This document shows, one piece after another, positions 1 through 11,200 of a stretch of 64,000 nucleotides of DNA (position 1 is its first letter; every line of letters starts with the position of its first letter). Both the position numbers and the translations under genes were made by a program. Under the pieces are notes generated by a model that searched no databases, was not told the DNA's origin, and saw only the letters and a program-made list of their open reading frames with translations. This DNA comes from Fimbriosthenelais zetlandica. Taxonomy: Eukaryota. The stretch is taken from assembly GCA_977030845.1 (NCBI GenBank), contig OZ365114.1:21514001-21578000 (forward strand), read 5' to 3'.

Positions 1-684
1 CTCCTTCTCTTTGGCCAAATCGCCGCAGTATTTGTCTTTGGGTGTCAGCGAGTTTGTCAACAGACCTCAAGCCATCGGAGAGCCCGCCGGTCGCAGGGAT
101 TTGGCTGGTGACCCATATAATATCACTCTACCAGCCGCCGAAATTCACACCGAAATACGACTTTACTCTGGAGGCTAAAGCCTTAGATCTTATACCAAGT
201 AGGATCAAGTGGGGATAGCATGATTGGGGTCCCCAAGAACAGGAGTCCTACATAGATGTAGAACAGGTGTACACACACCCACTCTACACTGATGGCCAGG
301 TGGATGGATGCTCGTCACCTAGCCCGTGATTTACACCATTATATAGTGGACAACAATTAAAATGCTTTAACCATAGGATTTAGAGGGAACAGAATGGGTA
401 TATTGATATATAACGAGTTAGACAATTGGTGGGTGGAATATGGGTGAATGCAGAAGTAAAGTGAGGATGAGGAAGAATGGGAGAGGTAGAAAGGGTAGGG
501 GTTAGAAGAAAAGAAACATTTAGTAATAAAACATAATGGTATGTATGAAGGAGACAAGATATATGAGGTATATACATGCATTATGAAGAGACTTATAGGA
601 AAGGGCAATGAATGATGGAATGACGATATTAATGATTTACCACATCTCCTGAATATAAAATATATACATGTATAAGTCACCATA

Positions 685-900
685 GCTTTAGTATACGACG
701 CGCAGCTTTTGGACGCGTAGCTTTAATATACGACGCACAGATTTATGACGCGCAGTTTTAATGTACAACGCGCAGTTTTAACAGTGCAGCATTAATAGAC
801 AGCACAGCTTTAGGTTATTATACAGCGCAGCCTCAATATACATGTAAAGCACAGTCTCAATATGAACAGCACAGTCTCAACATACACAGCACAGCTACAC
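685..900. repeat. Degenerate ~15-24 bp minisatellite (about 11-12 units, core GC(G/A)CAG)
   Basis: Units such as gctttagtatacgacgcgca, gctttaatatacgacgcaca, gttttaatgtacaacgcgca, gtctcaatatgaacagcaca and gtctcaacatacacagcaca. Confidence 0.85.
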
Positions 901-1125
901 CCACAGCCGACATGTAACAGAGAAGACAAAATGAGAATGACGGGTCAGCGCGATCCAAACAGCCAGAAATAGGCTAAAAGAGGCTTAGCCACGGGCGATG
1001 ACAACTTTGTGAGAGGGAGGAGCCAGGGAGTTAGTAGGATCACCACAGACGGGCTGAAAACAATTAATCTAATCAGGAATTAAACGTCCAGTGATGAGTG
1101 TGAGGGGTGGAGGGGAACATGTGAA

Positions 1126-1140
1126 GGGGGGGGGGGGGGG
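1126..1140 (+). repeat. Poly-G run (G15)
   Basis: Directly visible homopolymer. Confidence 0.95.
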
Positions 1141-1869
1141 CTTCAACTCATCCTCGTCATCGCCCAAACACACGAGTGTCTGTCAGCGATTATTCACTAC
1201 TCAGATTACTCACCCCAACCAACAGCTCATCTACTTTTTGCTTCCTAGACTTGCCAGGGTCTTGGGTTTTTGAAACAAAAATGCCCCACATAGGTCCCTT
1301 CCCCCAACCCACTGCGCCATGGAGGAGTCGAGGGTTAACAGGTTTGATGCTCCCAGAGTAGAATTTCATATGGTAATGGAGGAGTGAGGTACATGCGAAA
1401 TGTCTGAAATATTCACAGCACTTTGAGACAACGTGAGAAAAAATTGCAAAATTCTATCCAAACATGCATGTATATTTTAACCACTTAATCTATAATATCT
1501 AGGGAATGAGAGCTCGTCTCCATGCATGCCACCCCAACCCCCAAACCCTTTCCTGCCCCCCACCCCCTTACTCACTCACACACACATGGCACCCCATCAC
1601 AGAAGACAATAATTGCTACGTCGATAATGCAGAGCAATCAGAAAATACCACACACACTGACTGAGTGACTGTGCTAGTGCTTCTCCAGCCTGGCCATGCT
1701 TAACCCTTCTCCCCACCACCACCACCCTGCCTGTAACGCTCACGTGTCATTCTCTATCATAGTTATCCTATTTGGCTCAAATCAAAGTTACCAAGCCATA
1801 ATAATGCTGCAATCACACGGCCCTGTGTTTTGGGGGCGTTCAACTGATGATTATTTGGAAACACATAAC

Positions 1870-2010
1870 AAGATGCACATGGATCCAAGCAAAGTCATCT
1901 GTGGCAATTGTTTTTTATCAATATGTAATAAATTCCAAAGGATTTTCCCCCAGTTTTGTGACCATGCATGATAAGTCTAATATTGTATTCTCAGAAGGAA
2001 TTGAATATCT
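1870..2010 (-). mobile_element. Possible decayed LINE endonuclease C-terminal remnant
   Basis: Manual translation PSENTILDLSCMVT...**KTIATDDFAWIHVHL resembles the APE-type EN motifs LDL..T and SDH..I; it contains stop codons. Confidence 0.3.
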
Positions 2011-3078
2011 AAAAAAAGATATTTCAAATCGTGGATCAGTTCAATTCCTGATAGCTTTTTTAATTCTGTTAGCATTTATATTTCAGATTGTCCTCACCAA
2101 TTCTGCTGACCAGGAAAGCGTTTGAACCAGTAGCACGGTGGACATATCAATGCTAAATGATCTATTGACAAAACGGGTGCAAATCGAATTAGGCCTAAAA
2201 TGAGAGTGGAGTGGCGGTATGAGTTGTGTAATCCCCGAGGAGTTGGCTACTGGATGGATGTGGGGGTTATGTTTACACTGTAATAGTGGGAGAAATCATT
2301 AGCAGGCCCGTCAGGCCACATCGGACACATGAGAGCATGTGTGGCCACTTAGCACATGATTGCCACTCCCACACATTAAAATCAGGGGGCTGTTGCAGCA
2401 AAATCGCTTTTTCAGAGAAGTATTGCCACTGCAAGTTACCCGATCGGGGAATGCGAGCTACAAGGCAATCAAATATACCCTGAAAACTGATCTAAAAGTA
2501 ATGCATATAATGTGCAAGAGTGGTAAGACTGCAGAAATATACTTCGTCAGTCTTGCGTCACAGCATATTTTGCTGTGAGGGAATAGGAGTGTCAAAAATG
2601 AACCAGTAATAAAATGAATTGATTCTTCCTCAAAACAGAGGAACGACACCTTTAACTATTCCTACAGACTTTTCCTTCCAGAGAAGCATTAACTTGGATG
2701 GTAACCTTCATACTTTCCAATATTTCAGAGTGATGGTTGAAATATAACTTGCATTACAATAGCTTAGCTATGATCATGGTCCGAAATGTGAAAGGAAAAG
2801 GTAATTTTGCCTAGTATAAAAGTAAAGTATATGGAATATATTTACCATCTCTAATGAAGTTCTACTATCCATGAATCCAGTGACAGTTATAATATAACTG
2901 TATATCATTCCCAGATCTGAGATGTTTCCATTGATAAATCCTGTGGATTTCATGCAGATTCAGATGGCTCCTTCGATATGTTCCATGAGGTATGATATTA
3001 ATAAATAATACATGGATAATGTCCATCCATAGAGCCAATATTTCAGTTTATCCATTTCTGCTGAAAGTGAAAACGTGA

Positions 3079-3330
3079 TTAGAGAGGGGATAGTGACGGA
3101 GGGTGGGGGTTTCTATTAGAAGATGGGAAGGAACATGCATGGTGGAGAATTAAAATGGTCTTGTTCTCTACGTGATTGAAGCGATTAAATCGGACATGTT
3201 TCGTGTATAAACTGCCAACATGGGGCGAGGGGAGGAAATTCACATAAAGGTCGTTGTCATGACAAGGAGGCCGAGCAAAGAACACACGCACTGCGGCGTT
3301 CTGATTGAGATTGTCTCTACCAGACGACAA
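3079..3330 (-). mobile_element. Possible decayed LINE endonuclease remnant
   Basis: ORF-track peptide VRVFFARPP...NKTILILHH has the spacing of the EN motifs VYRPP...ILxGDFN, but key residues are lost. Confidence 0.25.
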
Positions 3331-3959
3331 TTTCTCGTGTCAAATTCGCGGCGCGGCTAACACCTGCCGCGCTATGGGGGCAGCAGGCGGGACCGCGCGA
3401 GGAGAGGGGCGGCAAGTAGGGGAAGAGCGTACCCGGGGGCAGGAGACAGGGGGAAGATGAGGAAGAAAGGGGGAAAATATAGTAGGAATGAGAGAAAGTG
3501 AAGATAGATAGATTGCCGCGTTTAAATAAGTTGAACGTGAAGCCTTCTAATCTCTCTTGAAAGAAATACAGTTGTTAATGAATTAAAAGTATCTATGGAC
3601 GTTAAATAAATTTTCTACAAAAACCAAGGAAAATCATTTAAAAAGACGCGTGAAATCAACTATGTCAGGATGCACATAAAAACATTCAAGGTGCGAGAAA
3701 AATATTTCGGCAATTACTTGTTCATTTTTCTACCAAGGTGTGTAAAGAAAGTTGTCCAGAGTGGCATGCACTCTCTACATGTGTAGGGGAGGGTAGGGGC
3801 CAAGAGGCTAAGCTATGCACCCAACTCAGGCGGACCATTTGCGTGTAAGCCGTCACCTTCTAACCAGAAATTACACCCATTCACGACAGGGGCTTAAAAA
3901 TACCCACCAAAACAACCTACTTATAGAGAAAATATATTAACAAAACAGCAAGCTCTTTC

Positions 3960-6906
3960 CTTTTCAATTGTTTTCCATTTTATTACATTTGTTCTCAGTT
4001 TCCATACTTAATTGAATTGAAATGCGTCGAATAATTAAAGTATATCCATTCTCCATTTCTCTCTTCTGGTATTTTAGTAATAATCTGGGTGCACATTATA
4101 TACAAATGTTTGTTGACATTAAAAGCCAAAAAATATGCAAACAAAAGAACTCTCGCATAGCCAGAGTTCCATTCTCACTAGCTCAAAAATGTGTGGCATA
4201 GCCATACAGAAGAGAAAACACTCATCTCTCACAATATTAGAACATGATAGTATATGAACCGATTACAGACATTCTTTTTTTCCACAGGCAACAATCGCAC
4301 ATTTCACTATACTCCCTCTGACTATCGTGTAATAATAATTAACTAAAATATGAATCAGTCAGTTTTGCTTCGCTTTCCCCCCATTCTCTCAAAAAGAATT
4401 CCTATAAATAAATTTGTCACAATATAGATTCTACAACCACTGCTGTCCTCTCTGACGCAGTCCGAGGAAGGGGAGAAATGCAAAATATTGCAATAGAAAA
4501 AAATGAGGCCATGACTGCCATGTCTATACATATATAATAATAATGTTGAGAACAATTTCACTATAATAGTTTTCGTTTCACCATTGGTTGCTTTATGAAG
4601 AAGAGAACCCTTTCAAACTACATGTACTTCGTCTATCTCCCCCAGGGTATGGGAGTGACGGCGTATTTAAATAATGTAATATACAGGAGACATGAAGAAA
4701 AGTGATAGCTATATAATAACATGACTTCAAAAATAGGAGATTCAACCGTTTACCTTCATTCACCTGTCTTCGAACCGAATCGACTTAGTCACAAGCCAAG
4801 TTGACTATGGTAGGATTTGGCATTAGTTGAAAAAAAACAAGGAACCTTCAATTGTTTAAATGACCTATGTATTAATAGGAAAAAATAGTATTGGACTTGT
4901 CAACGCAATGGACATAACCATTGCACAAGTCCCAGCGTTACACATATATTCATTCAAGAAGAAATTCATTTAAACCTTTCTTACTTAATAACTAGGCAGA
5001 AATAATGTCCATTTCTAATGCTTTTAGCCCTTAGACCTGTAAGTTGTAATTCCCAATTTTTGACTGTCCGTGGCTTTTGCAGCAAGGAACCGTCAGATAG
5101 TTTATAATACAAAATATCATAATAGATTTCTTCTCCGTTAAAGATTTGACTGCTTTTATGGTATTTGACCCGTGGAGGCAGCACGTCGTGGTAATAAAGT
5201 ATCTATACAGTTCATACTCCTCATTTCCATTCTATCCCTGCATGCAAACTCTCACAGCAATGTCCAAAGAAGGTTTCCATTTAAATATAGGCTTGAAAAA
5301 AGACCCTGATCGGCCACTGTAGTAATGATTACAATAATTACTATAATCATTATTTTCCTAAAGTCTGTCGTAAGCATTTTCCTGGGGGTCAAATTGACAT
5401 AACATAATAAGCAGCACCCACACGAAGAATTTCAATATATCTTATGAACCACACTCAGTCTCTTTTACATTTACAAAGATAATCATTATTATCGTCAATA
5501 TTAGATATAGCTGATATTTTTTTTCAATTAAATATCATCTTTCTCCACTCCTCCCCACTTGTTTTTCACAGACATACAAATAAAATCATACTCACTCGAA
5601 CACACTAAAAGTTGCCACCACTGTGCGCTGCCCTTCACTTATAAACCGACCATCTGAGTCACAGATGATGTTAAATGAATATTTGGTTGGACACTTAGAC
5701 ACACACAGATAGAGCAATTTATACAAGCACTCCATATAATACACATTTCATAAAGAGATTCTTCGCTGCGATTCTTCCCTCCTCAGTCCATTTTATATAG
5801 GTAACAATTATTGCAACTGACGTCTTTTCTGCTTCCCTTCAGATGGTTTATCAACCACCGAGGATGGAGATCGTGAGACCAACTTTGTGGAGTCCTCTCC
5901 TTGTGCACCCGCGGGAAAGTTTCTCTTTGATGACCAATCCTTGTTTCACTGGGCATGGGAGTGCTACTTCCAACAGTCATAGATGTTGAGATTTGACTTG
6001 TTCCTTATCAATGTTATCAGTTGTTAGGCTCATGGCGAACCAGGAGAAGGTCCAGTGTCTTGAACATAGTGAAAAAGCCATTTAAGCATGGAGGAAATGG
6101 CCATAGACATACAGGTATACCGGTAGTATATGGCTGTCCATCTACACTTGTTAACTTTTCTACACATAGTGTCACAGTCAGAGGGTATGGAGTTGGAAAC
6201 CAGTAGAAATGGTCTCAAAGAGATGAAATTTGAAGAATTCCTATCTTTCCTCAGATGGGCACTCACTCGGGAGCGTTCCCCACTCACGAATCACACAGCT
6301 TGGTTGTGGAGGGGGTAGGTACCCCTTCTTCCAACAGAGAGACCGTCCAGTGAATCTCGGCAGGCCGGCGCCTGGAGTCCCCGGGCCCGGTCCCACCTTT
6401 TCCGCCGCGCGGCCCCAAATTAAGCCGGGAGACTTTGACGTCGCGGCTACTTCTTCTTTCTCCTCTTTTACCCCAACTTTACAGCAACTTAGAACAGAAC
6501 CAGAAAGCAGCTTTTTGGGGAGCCGTTTTCTACATTACAGACTTGATGTTTTTTGTCCATGACAGTACATTACTTGCTCTGGCTTGATGTTGAAATTTCC
6601 CCCACAGATTTCACCAGGGTCGCGTTTGAGGGTGCAATTTTACACACATGCACGACCTAGGGGTCGGTAGACAAGGGGAAATTGTGGACGCCATAAGAAA
6701 CAAGCTACTTACAAGTCTGTGACACTGCAGGGGCGGCGATGGTGGTGATGTTGGGGACTGTTGCTGTGTAGTTGTGCGATGGTAATATAGTTGGTAAAGA
6801 GGGAGAGAGAGAGCTGTGGCAGTTTTCATCTACAACATTCTATATGATGAGAAATTATACATATACAAACTGTTGCTTAATAAAGGTGTCCCGTGTTCCT
6901 TTACCC
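3960..6906 (-). other. Predicted long (~2.9 kb) SoxB1 3'UTR
   Basis: Interval between the stop codon and the first AATAAA. The distal part is AU-rich with PUF, CPE and miR-92 elements. Inferred; there is no transcript evidence. Confidence 0.5.
3979..3984 (-). terminator. Putative SoxB1 polyadenylation signal (AATAAA)
   Basis: First canonical AATAAA I find on the minus strand downstream of the stop codon (TTTATT on plus). It is followed about 30 nt later by a U/GU-rich tract (gcttgctgttttgtt). Confidence 0.55.
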
Positions 6907-7899
6907 TCACATATGGGAGAGGGGAATTGTGTTGCTAGCATTATGATCCACACTGGATGAGGAATGGCTGGAATGGCTGGAGGAGCCATATTGTCCTTGC
7001 ATGGCAGCCATTCGGCTTTGCGCCTGGGCATTGGCAGGATCGCCAGGTAGATACATACTGATCATGTCACGGAGATCTCCTTGGCCGCACGCCTGGCCAC
7101 GACTGTCCGTTCTGGTATTACCTTGACTTTCCTGCTTGATGTTGCTCTGAAGATGTGATGGATGCTGCATGGAATAGGGCGCCATGGAGTAGGAATAACT
7201 TGACGTACCGTTCATGTAGCTTGCTGCTGTGGTGCTCATTTGATTCATAGAGACACCCATTTGGGCGGCTGTGGGCAGGTTATAGCCGTATTGTGAACTT
7301 AGGCCCATCTGACCACTCATGGCGTGTTGTTGGTAAGCGTGAGGATCGTGCATCATAGGGTAACCATTGGGCATGTAACCGTTCATATTCATAGGGTACA
7401 TGTCTCGGCCTACCTGCTGAACCTGGGCACCCGGCGGCATGCCTGGAAGGGCATACTTGTCCTTTTTCATCAAGGTCTTGGTCTTGCGCCGGGGACGATA
7501 CTTATAATCGGGGTGTTCCTTCATATGAATGGCTCGTAACCGCTTAGCTTCATCGATGAATGGTCGCTTTTCAGCTTCCGTCAATAGTTTCCACTCGGCG
7601 CCAAGCCTCTTGGAGATTTCCGAGTTGTGCATTTTAGGGTTTTCCTGGGCCATTTTCCTCCTCTGTCCTCGCGACCAGACCATGAAGGCGTTCATGGGGC
7701 GCTTGACTCGCTCCATGTTGGCTTTCTGGGCGGCCGTTTGGCCCGCTGAGGAGTTCTGCATATTGCCGGACTGGGAATTAGGCTGGCCCGGCTGGTGAGG
7801 GACTTGAGAATGCGTCATATGGCCGGTCGGCGATGTGTTGGTCTGCGGCGGCATGCTGGATTTAAGATCCGTGTCCATTCTATCCTCTGTCGAATACAT
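6907..7899 (-). CDS. SoxB1: SoxB1 (Sox1/2/3 group) HMG-box transcription factor, single exon, 330 aa from first ATG (323 aa from second ATG at 7878)
   Basis: Uninterrupted ORF. HMG box [76 protein letters not shown] (about 7486-7710) is followed by the group-B motif [11 protein letters not shown], the SoxB1-specific C-terminal motif [12 protein letters not shown] and the terminus TIPLSHM. The N-terminus MYSxxxxMDTDLK resembles vertebrate Sox1/2/3. The ORF-track start at 7959 is a TTG; the first ATG is at 7899. Confidence 0.97.
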   Translation of the reverse strand: MYSTEDRMDTDLKSSMPPQTNTSPTGHMTHSQVPHQPGQPNSQSGNMQNSSAGQTAAQKANMERVKRPMNAFMVWSRGQRRKMAQENPKMHNSEISKRLGAEWKLLTEAEKRPFIDEAKRLRAIHMKEHPDYKYRPRRKTKTLMKKDKYALPGMPPGAQVQQVGRDMYPMNMNGYMPNGYPMMHDPHAYQQHAMSGQMGLSSQYGYNLPTAAQMGVSMNQMSTTAASYMNGTSSYSYSMAPYSMQHPSHLQSNIKQESQGNTRTDSRGQACGQGDLRDMISMYLPGDPANAQAQSRMAAMQGQYGSSSHSSHSSSSVDHNASNTIPLSHM

Positions 7900-7979
7900 G
7901 GAAGAACTCCCAGTGTTGTCCACCCGGCTTCGGCACGTAGGCTCTCTATGACAGTCCAAACACTACCGTCCACAGTCAA

Positions 7980-8200
7980 TGGAAGGGCTGGCTGAATGGC
8001 CCTAGTTTATAAAGGTAAACTTTTGTAGGAGCACACTGAACTGCTAGAGGCGTCTTGTTCACAGGAGCGCTCCTTATTCTTTTGCCTAATATGCTTGAAT
8101 TGTGCACATGTTATTGATTGAGCCAGCCGCCCGGCACACCAGCCTCGACCAATCACAGCGCGAGATGTCAGATGGCGCCTCGTATATGCTAATGAGTCTG
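7980..8200 (-). promoter_or_regulatory. SoxB1 core/proximal promoter
   Basis: Minus-strand TATAAA begins at 8011, exactly 31 nt before a C|A dinucleotide at 7981/7980 (predicted TSS). Inverted CCAAT box (CCAATCAC, 8149-8156), ATTGATT (8113-8119), octamer variant ATGCTAAT (8186-8193), local CpG enrichment. Confidence 0.7.
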
Positions 8201-11200
8201 TTACAGGCGTCGTTGAGTGACAGGCGCTCACTGGGGTGTGACTAGCGGTAGGCGTGGCTTGTGACTAAGCTCACAGAAGCTGTGTATGCCTATACTGGGG
8301 CGGGGGGTGGGGAGGTGCATGCGGCTACTGGGTGTGTGTACCCTACCTACACACAGCAATCCAGGTGTGCTAACAGCATTATATCAAAACTCCGAATTTC
8401 AGATGCAATAAAATGCATTGATGCTATCAAGAAACATTCAATAAATCTTTAAAAATGGTTACATTTCATGTTAAGATACAGTATAGAGTCCTGCCAATAT
8501 CGAGATTTTGGGAGGGGTACGTGTCAGAATAATCGCGTCAGCCAGGTGAGTGATTTAGCCCTGTCACCCGTCTATAAGGTACAGCGAGCATGTCAAGTAT
8601 TCAAGCTGGTAATAATACTCAATAATATACTCACTAAATATGACACAAAATGCTACAAGTTATAATTTGTTCCCTAAGTCTTTACTACTATAAGCTCCAT
8701 GTAATGTACATGGAGCTATCATAGTGAATCTCTTTCATATAACCCATTGATCATGATGAGGTGATTTTTGTATGGGCGACCACAAGGTTATGTTTAGTTT
8801 GCCTTTTCATTCACTGCATGTATTCAATGTCCTCTATTTTGCTTCCTTTACTCACAACACAACACACAACATAGTATTTCTCTCCTAATGCTCATTCACT
8901 TTGCTCTAGTGGTGGGGAGTAAACTTACTATTGTTACCTAAGAATGGCACATAATTCTCCCACAAAGGCTCTTCACCAGTTCCAAAAGAGGAAGCCGGCC
9001 TCAATATAGACACGGCGCGAGCGGCCATAATTAGCATTCATTTCGCTATAAATGATAACAAAGATTGAATGGGCACGATCCATTTTCCAAAAGCATAAAC
9101 CCACGGTGAAGTGGGAGAGAATAAAGTAAGTCACCGGCAGCCCACCTAGCTCTCTCCATACACACTCACTCACACATTATAGAGAGCTCAATGGTAGTTG
9201 ACTGCAAAGCGGGCAGGGATTGCCAAAATGGAATGAATGAAGGTTTATTGGATTTTCTCAGAGAAAAGAACCGTGTGGTGTTTTGATACGAAGGTTTGAT
9301 CAAGGAAAAGGTGGGGAAATGCACATTGAAAAGACCTCGTGTGTGATCGGTGGGAGAGAAGCATATAACTACTTGATAGTCTGGCCTGCTTTCAAAAAGC
9401 TGAGACTTATAACGTATAAATAGAAAGGGAATCAGCTAATTTGGGTCAAATGATCAGTCAATTGTTTGGGTTGGATATAGATTTCATGTCTGGTTTTAAA
9501 ATATCCAGTGTTTGGACGCAGACATTGGCATTATTTTGTGGCAAACTTGGATTTGCAGGGGCAAAAATGGTATACAAAGTTGAATGAGTGGGACCCCAAG
9601 ATTGGGTTCATTATAGATATTTTTAAATAATGATATAACTTTAAATGGTTACATACATATTTTTGGATATTTTGAATGTCATTTTATTGAATAGTCTGAA
9701 AGCTTCTAATTGTTGGCATGAAGTTAGAAGCATTAGGAGTGGCTGGAGTTAGCGAGTAGGGCGCGTCTAGTACAGACAGCATTACACGGCTTCACGTCGG
9801 ACCAGTAACGCCGCCCTAGTGTGAAACGCGGGAACTAACTTACAAGCGCCACTCACACACATGTCAACTCACCCCCGTGTCAACACCTAAATCCCTAGCA
9901 TTTCTTAAGCTTGATAATTCTCCAAATCCGGACGTTAAAGCTTTATATAACTTAACCACAGAACCATAAATTCATTTGCTGTCGAAGGAGACTTTCATTT
10001 AGGCGATCTGTTAATTGATAATCAGCAATGAACCTCATATTATTTTATGAGGGTGTGGATAGTTGATATCATCGAGACTCCCTTAAAACAAGCGTCCCTT
10101 TCATGTTATCATTATCACTTTATATGGATGAATCATTCCTGCTTCATTTAGAACAGACCTACACTTGTTAGCGGGGTCTAACTAGAAGGAACTGGCCGCC
10201 TGGAGTGGAACTATAACCCAGGAGGGAGACGGGCAGGCTTTCCTCAATTGCCCCCCGAGTCCCAAGCATGGAAGTGGAGAATACAGTGGCGGTACACACC
10301 CCTTCAAAGCTATCAGCAAATTGTCCCAATTAAACCAGCCTGCAAGATGAGTAGTTTAATTGGAGACACAGGGGCTAGGGTGGTGGTATAAAAAAGATAA
10401 AAGTTCCGCCATGGCCGGGGGTGGTTATCACGTGGTTATCAGTTAATCTAGCCGTGTTATATCTCACAGAGAGTTAGAGTTATGACCGGACCCCCGCACC
10501 TCTAATATTGCATCCACCTATAACCCAGTTACAACATCACAAGTTAGATTCAACCACAACTTTCTATGAAGTTTGATCCCGGGGACCAGTTTTCTGACCA
10601 GATTTATTTGGTGATAATGTGAACCACAAATTCATCAAAGTCACAAAGTAACATGATCATAACACGCGGCCTGTTTTTATGATTCTCTTTATGGGTTTAT
10701 GACCTTGCAGGTGACTACATGTAACCGAAGTGAGTCAAAAATATTTTGAATTGGTACTCACCAAAAATTTGATCTTAGTTTCCTTATCTCAACTGATAAT
10801 TGAGACATGTATTAACCACGCCTTCTATTTTTCCTTATTATCAAGGTTTATCCAGCATACAGTAACCCTTCTGTATCGGGAGTCCCATTAATCAAGTCAA
10901 TTCAAGTGACGGCCATGACAAAGTGATTAATCAGTGACTTTGAGGAGGTGTGAAGATTATCAAGGTATAAATTCCAGTCTCTGTGATGACATTACTACAT
11001 GTTCTCCTCTCCTCGGCCTCCATGCTCGAAAACCAACTACCAACTGAGGAGGCGAGCCCGAGTCCAAGCCCACAAATATTGCTCACTGCTTTTGTACTTT
11101 TATTCACTGTTTCAAGAAAGGATGGCTCTCTTAGGCAATATAATATGTAACGCGACGAGAAAAGTCTCTTTGAAATGGCGAACAATATATTTTGTTAGGG

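Noticed and set aside
357-683. ORFs in a purine-rich tract
   Set aside because: Low-complexity S/P/F/L-rich translations caused by strand composition bias.
6707-6712. Strong minus-strand donor GTAAGT about 195 nt after the stop codon (possible 3'UTR intron)
   Set aside because: No convincing minus-strand acceptor was found before the poly(A) signal, and such an intron would be NMD-prone. It needs junction reads to revisit.
7900-7959. 20-aa N-terminal extension in the ORF track (350-aa SoxB1)
   Set aside because: It begins at a TTG in weak context just after an in-frame stop, and the peptide has no SoxB-like character. The first ATG is at 7899.
9781-9840. TTCACGTCG resembling the L3 loop of CPEB3/HDV-like ribozymes
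   Set aside because: The flanking P3 cannot pair, and no P1/P2/P4 or J4/2 arrangement was found.
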